64,000 nt of DNA from an uncultured Chlamydiales bacterium (GCA_963700985.1 OY969554.1:1088001-1152000), one strand, 5' to 3'; shown: positions 8,545-18,562, numbered from the stretch's first letter. Notes: a model not told the origin generated them from the letters alone. Numbers and translations are program-made.

Positions 8545-10446
8545 ATGAAACGACTATTTTCACTCTTTTTTCTACTCCCCTTGCTTTTAGATGCAGTTGA
8601 TCGCGAAAAAATCTTTTCAGGAAATGAAGATCCTGTCCTCTTCCATCACGTCAATGTGATCTCAGGACATCTCAATCTTTCATTAAGTGATGGCGAAGTG
8701 CAGGGAGCAAAATCTCTTCCACTTACCCGCACCTACACAAGCGCCGGTGCCCTTGAGCGCACGATCAATCAACCTGATCTTATTCTTAAAACTCTGCGCG
8801 GTGGCTGGCTCATCCAAGGCGGATGGGGATACTTCCCTCACGCCAATCTCTTAATAGAACCCTCTTCAAAAGTAAAAAACTACAAAGCCTACCTCGCCCA
8901 ACCTAATGGCACCCTGATCACATATTCGTTTAGTCACAAAGAAGACAAAAACACGCTTTACTTGAAGCCTGATAAAGCTCTTACGCCAGGCTCAAGCGAT
9001 AAAAGTGCGCGCACAAACCCTCGTAATAATCTGTTGCTGCTCGAGCTAAAAACGGGTAAAGCTACTCTTACGCTTCCTGATGGAGCAGTCCGCACTTATG
9101 CAGGGCCTTCGCTCGTGGCGCTTGGACCCCAATTCAGACAGGCGTTTTTCCTGCTTGAAAAAGAGGTTCTCGCCAGTAAGCACTGCATCCAATACTCCTA
9201 TGATAGTGCAAAGCGCTTAAGTCGTGTTTCCGTTACCAATCCAGATGAGACCAAAACTTTCGCCTGGATAAACTTCGATCTGTTTCAAATGAGTTCGCCC
9301 TTCCAATTTCATGCGCTGACTTCTAATGGCAAAGAGATCAACTATCGCGCTATGAATTATAAGCTCCGCGATTACTTATGCGATGTACAGAGCAATTATG
9401 CTCCGCACGAAGCTGTAACTTACGCACCCGGACGCAAAGGAATTGGCGCGCGCTTGGAAAAGTTCTATTTGGATGATAAATTGCAGTTTTCCGTCAGCTA
9501 TTATCTCCCACCAGATGATAAGAGCGATAAAAAATGGGCTGATCACCCTGAAGAAAAAAGCTTCGCAACTGATAAAGTTAGCCTATTAGAAGCTCCGATT
9601 GGACCAGATGGCCAGCTGCTGCCAATTGGCCAGTTCACGTATTATCCAAATCACACTGACGTGCGTGATGAAAACAATCTTCTCACCCGTTACAACCATA
9701 ATGGCAAACACCTCTCTTCAATCGAATACTACGACAAAAATGAACGCCTGCAGTCGACATTGAAATTTCTCTGTCAAGGTGGCCACATGTGCGCGAAAAC
9801 CTTGTTAAATGAAGTAGGCCAGCCGATTCTTTCCAAAACATTCTCCTATGATGACGAAGGCAACCTGCTTGAAGAAACCCTCTGGGGAAATCTTTCCGGC
9901 GTCTTTCCTGTGGAATTTTCCTTGAATCCAGATGGTTCTCTATCTGGGTCAGAAACTTCACGCAAACACTTCACCTATCTCCCCCACTTTAACCTCCCGC
10001 TGGTGGAAGAAGAGGAAGATGGCCTGACATACAGATACACTTACAAGAAAGACACCAACCTGCTCACTTCAAAATTCACATGCATGAAGACAAAAGTTTT
10101 GCGCCGTGAATTTTTCGCATATGACGATGATAACCTTCTGATTGAAGAGATCGTCGATGATGGCGACTCATGCGATCCAGCTGAGTTCAGCCAAGCCACA
10201 GAACGTAAAATTAAAAGATATGAGCTCGATCCCGATTCTGGCTTGCCACGCTTCTTAACCGAAGCTTTTTGGGATCCGATTCTCCAAGATGAGACTCCGA
10301 CTAAAAAAATTAGTTACACACATGACTCTTTTGGGAAACTAATTGATACACAAGAAGTGCCAATCGAGGTCATTAAAGAAATTATTCCCACAAACCCAAC
10401 CGAACCATTAACTGAAACGCCCCCAACTAATGAGGTCGCGGCATAA
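8545..10446 (+). CDS. Short Rhs/YD-repeat protein (N-terminal half only; no Rhs core or toxin), signal peptide
   Basis: MKRLFSLFFLLPLLLDA leader, VNVISGHL...LPLTRTY N-terminal Rhs motif, and YD repeats colinear with the first ~600 aa of the Rhs at 48603..53930. Ends in a P/T/E-rich tail. Confidence 0.8.
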   Translation: MKRLFSLFFLLPLLLDAVDREKIFSGNEDPVLFHHVNVISGHLNLSLSDGEVQGAKSLPLTRTYTSAGALERTINQPDLILKTLRGGWLIQGGWGYFPHANLLIEPSSKVKNYKAYLAQPNGTLITYSFSHKEDKNTLYLKPDKALTPGSSDKSARTNPRNNLLLLELKTGKATLTLPDGAVRTYAGPSLVALGPQFRQAFFLLEKEVLASKHCIQYSYDSAKRLSRVSVTNPDETKTFAWINFDLFQMSSPFQFHALTSNGKEINYRAMNYKLRDYLCDVQSNYAPHEAVTYAPGRKGIGARLEKFYLDDKLQFSVSYYLPPDDKSDKKWADHPEEKSFATDKVSLLEAPIGPDGQLLPIGQFTYYPNHTDVRDENNLLTRYNHNGKHLSSIEYYDKNERLQSTLKFLCQGGHMCAKTLLNEVGQPILSKTFSYDDEGNLLEETLWGNLSGVFPVEFSLNPDGSLSGSETSRKHFTYLPHFNLPLVEEEEDGLTYRYTYKKDTNLLTSKFTCMKTKVLRREFFAYDDDNLLIEEIVDDGDSCDPAEFSQATERKIKRYELDPDSGLPRFLTEAFWDPILQDETPTKKISYTHDSFGKLIDTQEVPIEVIKEIIPTNPTEPLTETPPTNEVAA

Positions 10447-10490
10447 ATGGATAATAGGGTATAAGGGGATTATTCACTTTTTTGGAACCT

Positions 10491-11285
10491 ATGCGTTGCA
10501 CCGGCTATTGCACAGCCTCATCTTACGACATCCCGCGCCTTCAACAGGAAATTCAGAAACAACTTCCTAGCCAGATGTATCGGGACGTCGTTCATTCGCA
10601 AATCCGTGAGGATAAGCGTATTAAGGGCGATGTCTTCTATTTCAACTATGGCATTGTAGTTTTCTGGGGATTTACCCAAGAAGAAGAGCAAGAGCTGCTG
10701 CGCTCCCTAAAAGACTTCGAAAAAGAACCCTATCATAAGCCTGAGATCGATGAGTTCACCTATGTCTATGGTGAAGCCATGAAGATCGAAGAAGATGAGA
10801 TCGTGCTGCAAAACAAGAGCAGCCTCACTAAACTGGCCATCTCTTACGGCATCGCTCAATCGGTTAAGCTCACCATTTTTGAAGAGATGATCCAGAAAAC
10901 CATCGATCATACCAAGCATCTGCCCTCTTCCCTGGCCAAGCATGGAAAAATCGCTCTAACGCGTAAAGAAATCTCTCAAAAGATGGGCGAGATCTTCATT
11001 GAACGCAGCTTTATTAACCTGCATTCAGAAATCCTCGATACGCCTGAGTTTTTCTGGAATCACCCCGAACTTGAGCCTTTCTATCGCCGGACAGCCCATT
11101 ATCTGGATGTCACTAAGCGCGTAGAGCTTCTGAATAAGCGCCTCAACGTCGTGCATGAACTTTTCGAAGTACTTACAAGCGAACTCAACCACCAACACTC
11201 CTCTCGCCTCGAGATGGCCATTATCGGCCTAATCGTCATCGAAGTCGTGCTGGCCGTTATGAAAGACATCTTCCACCTGATTTAA
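10491..11285 (+). CDS. RMD1/DUF155 family protein
   Basis: YCTASSY, FNYGIVVFWG, AISYGIAQSVKL, LDTPEFFW, HSSRLEMAIIGLIVIE. Confidence 0.88.
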   Translation: MRCTGYCTASSYDIPRLQQEIQKQLPSQMYRDVVHSQIREDKRIKGDVFYFNYGIVVFWGFTQEEEQELLRSLKDFEKEPYHKPEIDEFTYVYGEAMKIEEDEIVLQNKSSLTKLAISYGIAQSVKLTIFEEMIQKTIDHTKHLPSSLAKHGKIALTRKEISQKMGEIFIERSFINLHSEILDTPEFFWNHPELEPFYRRTAHYLDVTKRVELLNKRLNVVHELFEVLTSELNHQHSSRLEMAIIGLIVIEVVLAVMKDIFHLI

Positions 11286-11326
11286 AATAATAATTTTATA
11301 TCAAAGCCCACCCTTAAATACCGCTC

Positions 11327-11356
11327 TTGTAAGTTATAGTATGTTTGTATTATAAT
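11327..11356 (+). promoter_or_regulatory. Putative sigma66/sigma70 promoter
   Basis: TTGTAA-N18-TATAAT upstream of an AGAGG RBS and the ATG at 11379. Confidence 0.4.
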
Positions 11357-11378
11357 TTTTGTAACTTAAGAGGTAATT

Positions 11379-12254
11379 ATGACATCAGGCATTACTCCCA
11401 CAAATCAAAAAATTCATACTCAAAATGACATTGCGCCCTTCTCAGCGCATAAAAACCAGTCTCAAGCTGATTTTAGTTCCTCTTCCTTATCAGCTTCTAC
11501 GCAACCCCCAAAGAATGTTGCAAACTCATCCTGGGATTGCCTTTCTGCCGTTTGGGAATTTTTCGCCGGCTGCTTAAGCGATATTGGGTCTTTTTTCCAG
11601 GGCATCTTCTCCTTTTTCTTCTCTGCTGCAGAATCGCCCCCGCTTCCACTTACCCCATCCCAGTTAGTCTCTGCTTTTTGCGAGAAATGGAAAAAATTTG
11701 ATCGTACTGTTGCACCTACTCCAGAAGCTATTGCCGAGTGGGGAAATGAGCTTGAAGCTCTTCCTGATACAGCACGCCATAAGGCTCTCATGAAATTTTC
11801 TGAAGGAGAACGCAAGGGAGGCCCTGTTTCACTTGCTCAGGAATTCGAGTTCATGAAAAGAGCCGTGGCTAATAACGAAGTCTTAATTTCTCTACAGAAG
11901 TGGCTAATCACACAAAAGCGTATAGAAGCTTTTCCTAAAGTCGAACAATTTTTCATGAAGTGGAGTAATCCTCTAAAATCTGCTAGTCTACAACAGATGC
12001 AAAGCGTATGGAAGACAGAGATGGCCGCCACTCTCGCTCTTTCATCTGAAATTGCTGAATATGCCATTCAATCTTACATTCATGATCACGCTAAAGAATT
12101 CCCCGGTTACATGGGTGAATGGAATGAGCAAATGAATGCTAAAATCACTGCAACTATCTTGGATTCATGCGCAGATAATTCGGCGCTTCTAGGTCTTAGA
12201 GAGTGGCTTGCAATGGCCAAAACTGAAAAGCACGAATCCAAAAGAGGTCATTAA
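11379..12254 (+). CDS. Hypothetical protein, effector-like
   Basis: S/T-rich N-terminus, an aromatic amphipathic segment and two internal helical repeats. Has an RBS. Confidence 0.65.
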   Translation: MTSGITPTNQKIHTQNDIAPFSAHKNQSQADFSSSSLSASTQPPKNVANSSWDCLSAVWEFFAGCLSDIGSFFQGIFSFFFSAAESPPLPLTPSQLVSAFCEKWKKFDRTVAPTPEAIAEWGNELEALPDTARHKALMKFSEGERKGGPVSLAQEFEFMKRAVANNEVLISLQKWLITQKRIEAFPKVEQFFMKWSNPLKSASLQQMQSVWKTEMAATLALSSEIAEYAIQSYIHDHAKEFPGYMGEWNEQMNAKITATILDSCADNSALLGLREWLAMAKTEKHESKRGH

Positions 12255-12327
12255 TTAAATTATTAATCGAACATTAATATTTAATTAATCTGTATTTCCG
12301 AAATGCCATTCATTAATATCCTACAGT

Positions 12328-12687
12328 ATGGTTACCAAACCAACTGTATTAACTTCCCTCACAAAGGCTGAAACAAAGAGTCGCCAAGCGGACTCTCACC
12401 CTCAGCCCATTCCCACATTAATGCGAAAAGCTCTGATGCGCGCAGGCGTACTCGAAAATGAAATCCCTAATTTCTTATCTTGGGCGTTCGAAGGCAGAGT
12501 CCCCTCCACCTTCCATGAGCTCTGTGTGATCTGGAATGAAAAATTCGGCAGTCAGTTATGGCTGAACGTACAACAATTGAGCTCAGCTCAAGAGTGCTCA
12601 GATTTTTTCTTCCAAATGGGCAAAGTCTTTGTAGATACACGTTCAAATAAGAGAAAATCTTTGCCGCATATGTGCACGATTGTCTAA
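12328..12687 (+). CDS. Hypothetical protein
   Basis: 119-aa ORF filling the gap before parE. No recognised motif. Confidence 0.5.
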   Translation: MVTKPTVLTSLTKAETKSRQADSHPQPIPTLMRKALMRAGVLENEIPNFLSWAFEGRVPSTFHELCVIWNEKFGSQLWLNVQQLSSAQECSDFFFQMGKVFVDTRSNKRKSLPHMCTIV

Positions 12688-12780
12688 GATGAAAATTTCA
12701 CAAATTAATTAGAGTAAAAGCTTTAATCATTCGCAAAATACTCATATATATAAGAAAAAGCGAGAAGATAGATCCTGATT

Positions 12781-14586
12781 ATGGCTAAAAAATACGATGA
12801 AAGCACAGTTCTCTCCCTAGATGCATTAGCTCACATCAGGTTGCGCTCTGGGATGTATATCGGTCGTTTAGGCGATGGTTCCCATCCTGATGATGGGATC
12901 TACATCATGCTCAAAGAGGTGATTGATAACTCGGTGGATGAGTTCATCATGCGCCACGGATCAAAGATCTCTATTGAGCTCGATGAGAAAACCTCAACCG
13001 TCTCTGTGCGCGATTATGGGCGCGGCATTCCTTTGGGCAAAGTCATCGAGTGCGTCAGCCAGATTAATACAGGCGCTAAATACAACGATGATGTCTTCCA
13101 ATTTTCTGTGGGTCTAAACGGCGTGGGTACAAAAGCCGTCAACGCCCTCTCCTCTAGCTTCACAGTTAGAAGTATGCGCGATGGCGAATTTGTCGAAGCG
13201 CACTTCTCAAAAGGAGTCTTGAAAGACAAGAAAAAGGGAAAAACTAAAGAGCCTGACGGGACGTATATGCAATTTACGCCCGACACCGAAATCTTCAAGA
13301 AGTTTGCCTTCCGCCAAGAACTGATCATCAAAAGACTCTGGCACTACGCCTATCTCAATACAGGGCTCACCCTGATTTTCAATGGCCAGGAGATCCGCTC
13401 GGAAAATGGCCTGCTCGATCTCTTAAATGAAGAGGTCAAAGAAGATCGCCTCTATGAACCGCTTCACTTCCGCGGTAAAAACATCGAATTTGCTTTTCTG
13501 CATGCTTCGAGCTATGGCGAAACCTACTTCTCATTTGTAAACGGTCAATATACGCGCGATGGCGGCACGCACCTTTCAGCTTTTCGCGAAGGCATCCTAA
13601 AAGGCATCAACGATTTTGCGAAAAAGAACTTCCAAGGTATCGACATCCGTGAAGGCATCGTCGGCGCCATCTTGGTTAAAGTGAAAGATCCGATTTTCGA
13701 ATCTCAAACAAAGAACAAGCTATCGAATAACGAGATTCGCGGCCCGATCGTGCAAGAAGTAAAAGATGCCGTGCAAGATCTGCTCTATAAAAATCCAGAG
13801 ACTGGCCAAAAAATTATCGAGCGCGTGCTCTTTAATGAAAAATTGCGCAAAGAGCTGGCCGCCGTCAAAAAAGAAGCAAAAGAGAAACAGAAAAAAATCT
13901 CTTTCAAAATTCCCAAGCTTCGCGACTCGAAATTTCATTATGGCGACGGCTCAAAAGAGGGCGAACAATCGGTTATCTTCCTCACCGAGGGAGAATCGGC
14001 TTCTGCCTCGATCGTGATGGCCAGAGACCCACTTACGCAAGCCGTGATGTCACTGCGCGGCAAGCCGCTCAACGTGCATGGCATGAAGCTCGATCAACTC
14101 TACAAAAACGAAGAGATGTTCAATCTCATGTCGGCACTCAATGTAGAAGATGATCTCGCCAACTTGCGCTACAACAAAGTGATCTTGGCAACTGATGCTG
14201 ATGTCGACGGCATGCACATCCGCAACCTGCTGATCACCTTCTTTTTAACTTATTTCGAAGGGCTTGTCTTAAACGGACACCTCTACATCCTTGAAACCCC
14301 GCTTTTTAAAGTACGCAACAAAGAAAAGACACTCTATTGCTACTCACAAGAAGAGATGCAGACAGCTGCGGACACACTCAAAAAAGGCGTGGAAATCACC
14401 CGCTTCAAAGGACTTGGAGAGATCTCCCCAGATGAATTTAAACAGTTCATCGCCAAAGACATTCGCCTGCTGCCGGTTATGATCCAGAACCTCTCGGATA
14501 TTAAGCCCACCCTCGAATTCTACATGGGCAAGAACACTCCCGAGAGAAAAAGCTTTATTATGCACAATCTTGTAAACGACCTATAA
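12781..14586 (+). CDS. parE: DNA topoisomerase IV subunit B
   Basis: HIRLRSGMYIG, EVIDNSVDE, GLNGVGTKAVNALS, LTEGESA, LRGKPLN, TDADVDGMHIR, RFKGLGE. ~600 aa, lacking the gyrase insertion. Confidence 0.93.
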   Translation: MAKKYDESTVLSLDALAHIRLRSGMYIGRLGDGSHPDDGIYIMLKEVIDNSVDEFIMRHGSKISIELDEKTSTVSVRDYGRGIPLGKVIECVSQINTGAKYNDDVFQFSVGLNGVGTKAVNALSSSFTVRSMRDGEFVEAHFSKGVLKDKKKGKTKEPDGTYMQFTPDTEIFKKFAFRQELIIKRLWHYAYLNTGLTLIFNGQEIRSENGLLDLLNEEVKEDRLYEPLHFRGKNIEFAFLHASSYGETYFSFVNGQYTRDGGTHLSAFREGILKGINDFAKKNFQGIDIREGIVGAILVKVKDPIFESQTKNKLSNNEIRGPIVQEVKDAVQDLLYKNPETGQKIIERVLFNEKLRKELAAVKKEAKEKQKKISFKIPKLRDSKFHYGDGSKEGEQSVIFLTEGESASASIVMARDPLTQAVMSLRGKPLNVHGMKLDQLYKNEEMFNLMSALNVEDDLANLRYNKVILATDADVDGMHIRNLLITFFLTYFEGLVLNGHLYILETPLFKVRNKEKTLYCYSQEEMQTAADTLKKGVEITRFKGLGEISPDEFKQFIAKDIRLLPVMIQNLSDIKPTLEFYMGKNTPERKSFIMHNLVNDL

Positions 14587-14592
14587 AACGCC

Positions 14593-16479
14593 ATGGATGA
14601 TCTCAAAGAACAGATGAAGGAACACTTCATCAAGTATGCCTCCTACGTGATCCTCGACAGAGCGATCCCGAACGTGGTTGACGGCCTAAAACCCGTGCAA
14701 AGACGTATTTTAGAGATCCTCTGGCGCCAGAACGATGAGAAATTCCACAAAGTAGCGAACATGGTTGGACAAACCATGCAGTTACACCCACATGGCGACG
14801 CACCGATTTACGAAGCTCTCATCAACCTCGCCTCAAAAGGCTTTGTGATGGATAAGCAAGGAAATTTCGGTAACATCCTCACGGGTGATCCCTCGGCTGC
14901 TGCACGTTACATCGAAGCGCGTCTTTCTCCCCTTGCCCGCGAAACACTTTTCAATCCCGATATCACCAAAAAAATCCCATCTTACGATGGACGAAACACC
15001 GAACCCGTAACCTTGCCCGCCAAAATCCCCCTGCTGCTCATGCAAGGCGCCGAAGGGATTGCCGTTGGGATGTCCACACGCATTCTGCCACACAATTTTG
15101 CAGAACTGCTCGAAGCACAAATCGCCTGCCTCGAAGAGAGAAAGTTTAAGATCCAGCCAGACTTCCCCACCGGCGGCATCGCCGACACCAGCCAGTATGA
15201 AAAGGGCCGAGGTAAAGTTAAGCTGCGCGCCAAAATTCAGATCAAAGATCCCAAAACACTCGTCATCCGCGAGATCTGCTATGGCACAACCACTGAAAGC
15301 TTAATACGTTCCATTGATGAAGCCGCTAAAAAAGGCAAAATCAAAATCGAGGCTATTAACGATTATACCGCTAGCGAAGTTGAAATCGAAATCAGACTGC
15401 CTCGCGGCCAGTATGCCGAAGAGATCCTCGACGCGCTTTATGGCTTCACCGAATGCGAAGTCTCACTAAGTTCTCAGATCATCGTCATCAAAGATGGCCA
15501 CCCATGGGAAACAGACATTCATGAGATTTTAACTTACAACACCCAGAATCTAGTTGAGTTTCTCAGACTTGAACTTCAGATCGATCGCGATCGCCTGCTT
15601 GAAAAGATCTTCTACAAATCTCTCGAAAAAATCTTCATCGAGAACCGGCTTTATAAAAAAATTGAAAGCGTTAAAACCCTCGAAGCCATTCATCAGACCC
15701 TCGAGACAGCACTTCTGCCCTTCGAGAAAAAACTGCTGCGCAAACCTACCCACGACGATCGCGAAAAACTCCTGCAAATTCCTATCCGCCGCATCTCACA
15801 ATTTGACATCGACAAGAACAAAGAAGAGATCGCCGCACTTGAAGAAGCCTTAAATCGCGTGCTTAAAGACCTCAAAAACGTCAAAAAATACACCATCAAC
15901 TATCTACGTGGCCTAATCGAGAGATTTGGCACCCAATACCCCCGCAAAACGCGCATCAAAGCCATCGAAGAAATCGATCGCCGCGCCATCGAAACCAAAC
16001 AGATCAAAATTTCCTATGATCCGCAAAGCGGATTTGTCGGCACCAAAGTTTCCGGACCCATCCATCTCGAAGGCACCAACTTCGATAAACTCCTCGTCTT
16101 CTACAAAGATGGAACCTACAAAGTTACCAACATGCCCGAGAAGCAATATCTCGAAAATGCTGCTTGGGTAAGCGTCGCCGACAAAAAAACCATCATGAAC
16201 GTGGCTTATAAAAACAAAGAAACCGGCCTCGTTTCAGGCAAACGCTTCATCGTCGATAAGTTCATCCTCGAAAAACCCTACCGCTACCTCGACGAAAACC
16301 AAGAACTCCAATTTATCTCATCCAACTCCGAAGCTGCTATTGAGCTTCACTTCGTTCCCCAGGCCCGTCAAAAAGTCAACAAGCTCCGCGTCACCCTCAA
16401 AGGCGTGCTCGTCAAAGGAGCCCAAGCCCGCGGCACCCGCCTGGCCAACCAAAAAGTCAAAAAAGTCACCCCAGCCTAA
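14593..16479 (+). CDS. parC: DNA topoisomerase IV subunit A
   Basis: DGLKPVQRRIL, HPHGD and AAARYIEARL (catalytic Tyr). Short CTD with no GyrA box seen. Confidence 0.92.
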   Translation: MDDLKEQMKEHFIKYASYVILDRAIPNVVDGLKPVQRRILEILWRQNDEKFHKVANMVGQTMQLHPHGDAPIYEALINLASKGFVMDKQGNFGNILTGDPSAAARYIEARLSPLARETLFNPDITKKIPSYDGRNTEPVTLPAKIPLLLMQGAEGIAVGMSTRILPHNFAELLEAQIACLEERKFKIQPDFPTGGIADTSQYEKGRGKVKLRAKIQIKDPKTLVIREICYGTTTESLIRSIDEAAKKGKIKIEAINDYTASEVEIEIRLPRGQYAEEILDALYGFTECEVSLSSQIIVIKDGHPWETDIHEILTYNTQNLVEFLRLELQIDRDRLLEKIFYKSLEKIFIENRLYKKIESVKTLEAIHQTLETALLPFEKKLLRKPTHDDREKLLQIPIRRISQFDIDKNKEEIAALEEALNRVLKDLKNVKKYTINYLRGLIERFGTQYPRKTRIKAIEEIDRRAIETKQIKISYDPQSGFVGTKVSGPIHLEGTNFDKLLVFYKDGTYKVTNMPEKQYLENAAWVSVADKKTIMNVAYKNKETGLVSGKRFIVDKFILEKPYRYLDENQELQFISSNSEAAIELHFVPQARQKVNKLRVTLKGVLVKGAQARGTRLANQKVKKVTPA

Positions 16480-16482
16480 TTA

Positions 16483-16514
16483 AAGCGCGCGCGCGATCAC
16501 CTCGCCGCGCGCTT
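16483..16514 (+). terminator. GC-rich hairpin after parC
   Basis: AAGCGCGCG...CGCGCGCTT inverted repeat just after the stop. U-tract is weak. Confidence 0.5.
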
Positions 16515-16655
16515 ACTTCGTGAATAAAGATTTGAATAATATTATTTAAAGTTTTAATAATACTCCGGAAAGTTGTTTTTCCTGTGGGATTTTTTGCGCA
16601 CACGATCCCATGCCGACAACTTCTAAAACGGTTATTCACCTAGGAGGAACCCATC

Positions 16656-17903
16656 ATGTCAGTCCAATCTTCTACTAAAGTTGATCTACAAAATATCTTG
16701 AGCACGTTCTCATCTTTTGACGCATTTGCTTATCGCCTAGAGCTCCCTAGAGCGCTTGAAAAAAACAAAAAAAGAGAAAGCAACCCGCTACTCAGGGGCT
16801 TTCGCATTCCATCCGAAGAGGAGGTCTCATTAAAATGCGCAAAAGCAATAAAGATCGCAAATGAAAGAGTAAATAAATGCTTAAGGGAAACAGACACACC
16901 GCCTAGACATTACACTCCCGAACCCCCGAAAGTAAAACTGCCTGAAAACTTGTTCCTTGCAAGATCTATAGCAATGCAAGAATTCGGACCCCAAAACTTA
17001 TCACCATTTGTTTTTAAAGAATTACCCAGAGAAATGCTCCTAGCAACAACATTAGGAAGAATGGATTACGAATCTAGAGGCAAGTCTAGTGTCCCGGTTA
17101 GTTCTATTTATGACCCGCGGATCGTTGGCATGCAAGAATGCGGCTTTAATTTATGCGGTATCGCCATACCTTCTTCTCAACAACTAACCTTTATAGGGGG
17201 CGGCACTCTTGGACTTGCTACCGGAGTAGCCTCTCTCTTAACTGGTAATCCGCTGGGCATCATAAATCTGGCTCTTGGAGGCCTAGGATTCATGGGTAGC
17301 TGTTCTCAAGCCAACGCTGAAAATATCGAAGCCACGGTTACTGATTTGAGAGCTGAGAATATCAGATCAGCTGCAACAACCACTAGACTAGAAGAAACAG
17401 TTACAAATTTGAAAGCTGAGAACGCCAAAACAGCTGCGACAAACGCTGACCTAAAAGAAACAGTTACAGATTTGAGAGCTGAGAATGCCAGAGCAGCAGC
17501 GACAAACGCTAACCTAGAAACCCGTAATACCGAACTAGAATCGCTTATTCAAAACGGAAATCGCGTGCTACGTGACCAGGTCGCTGAATTTCATCAATTA
17601 AAAGAAGACATAGCTGTTGCACGCGCAAAATTAACTGCCGTACAAAGAGACGTAAGAACCACCACGGATCAATTACAAGAAGCCACAACATCTCTACAAG
17701 AAGTTCGAAGAGAAACCGTAGAAGCTACTCGGCACTTAATCGCAGCAGGGCGAGAAACGGTGAGAAATATCAATACCGCCATCACTGAAGGAGCTCAGCA
17801 CTTTGGCGCTGTTGCTAGTGATTTGAGAGGAGCCGCAGCTCCGTTTGTAGGACCAGATCCTGCATTCCCTATATCGCCACTTCGACAAGCTCTTCGCGTT
17901 TAA
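16656..17903 (+). CDS. Inc-like protein: bilobed hydrophobic segment followed by coiled coil
   Basis: AGGAGG RBS. Hydrophobic LTFIGGGTLGLATGVASLLTGNPLGIINLALGGLGFMG, then heptad-rich repeats. Confidence 0.65.
   Translation: MSVQSSTKVDLQNILSTFSSFDAFAYRLELPRALEKNKKRESNPLLRGFRIPSEEEVSLKCAKAIKIANERVNKCLRETDTPPRHYTPEPPKVKLPENLFLARSIAMQEFGPQNLSPFVFKELPREMLLATTLGRMDYESRGKSSVPVSSIYDPRIVGMQECGFNLCGIAIPSSQQLTFIGGGTLGLATGVASLLTGNPLGIINLALGGLGFMGSCSQANAENIEATVTDLRAENIRSAATTTRLEETVTNLKAENAKTAATNADLKETVTDLRAENARAAATNANLETRNTELESLIQNGNRVLRDQVAEFHQLKEDIAVARAKLTAVQRDVRTTTDQLQEATTSLQEVRRETVEATRHLIAAGRETVRNINTAITEGAQHFGAVASDLRGAAAPFVGPDPAFPISPLRQALRV
17334..17522 (+). repeat. 3 x 63-bp (21-aa) intragenic tandem repeat
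   Basis: TVTDLRAENIRSAATTTRLEE / TVTNLKAENAKTAATNADLKE / TVTDLRAENARAAATNANLET. Confidence 0.85.
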
Positions 17904-17921
17904 ATTTATTAATCCCCAGCC

Positions 17922-17957
17922 AAAGAGAGAAAGATCACAAACGATCTTTCTCTCTTT
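17922..17957 (+). terminator. Rho-independent terminator
   Basis: Perfect 15-bp inverted repeat AAAGAGAGAAAGATC-acaaac-GATCTTTCTCTCTTT followed by TGTTT. Confidence 0.8.
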
Positions 17958-18043
17958 TGTTTCTGAATCATTTGAACCTATTCAACCAAGTTAGGTAGGC
18001 TTCTAAGCCGAACGCACACCACTCTTACTTGGATAAAAAATCG

Positions 18044-18562
18044 ATGGTATCTTCAGTCACACTTCAAAGAGTAGCGGGCGCGGATTTTAACTGCTCCATT
18101 TGCCTAGGAAGCAACAGCACACGCTTTTTTGCCCATGTAATAAACTCAAAAGGCGAAATGGGCCACCACGTTCATGAGAAATGCCTCAAAACCTGGCTGC
18201 ATACGAAAAAATCTTTCAAATGCCTTATTTGCCAACTCAACTTCGATGATAGATCGGTGCTCCCCTTGCAAAGACCCCGCCCACGCGTTGTTTACGTGCC
18301 ATTAACCCCTCTTGCTGAAGACACCTGGGATTCCCTAAATATGGGAGCCGCCGCCGCAGTGCTCCCAACAGCCTCATGCATAGCTGCAGCACTAGTTTTA
18401 GGATTATCACCTTCCTCTCATTCCCTAAAGGATAGAGCCACCATTCTCGCTGATGAATCACTAATGTGGACAATCGCACAAAACGCCCTCGCGGTTGCAT
18501 CCCTTCTTTTCTTATCAGTTTCCTCTATCAGCTTCGCATACCTCCGCCACCGCCGAACCTAA
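18044..18562 (+). CDS. RING-variant zinc finger plus two TM helices (putative E3 ligase effector)
   Basis: CSIC...AH...HHVHEKCLKTW...CLIC followed by two hydrophobic segments. Confidence 0.75.
   Translation: MVSSVTLQRVAGADFNCSICLGSNSTRFFAHVINSKGEMGHHVHEKCLKTWLHTKKSFKCLICQLNFDDRSVLPLQRPRPRVVYVPLTPLAEDTWDSLNMGAAAAVLPTASCIAAALVLGLSPSSHSLKDRATILADESLMWTIAQNALAVASLLFLSVSSISFAYLRHRRT

Noticed and set aside
12781-16479. gyrB/gyrA assignment
   Set aside because: Subunit lengths, the missing GyrB insertion and the missing GyrA box fit topoisomerase IV.
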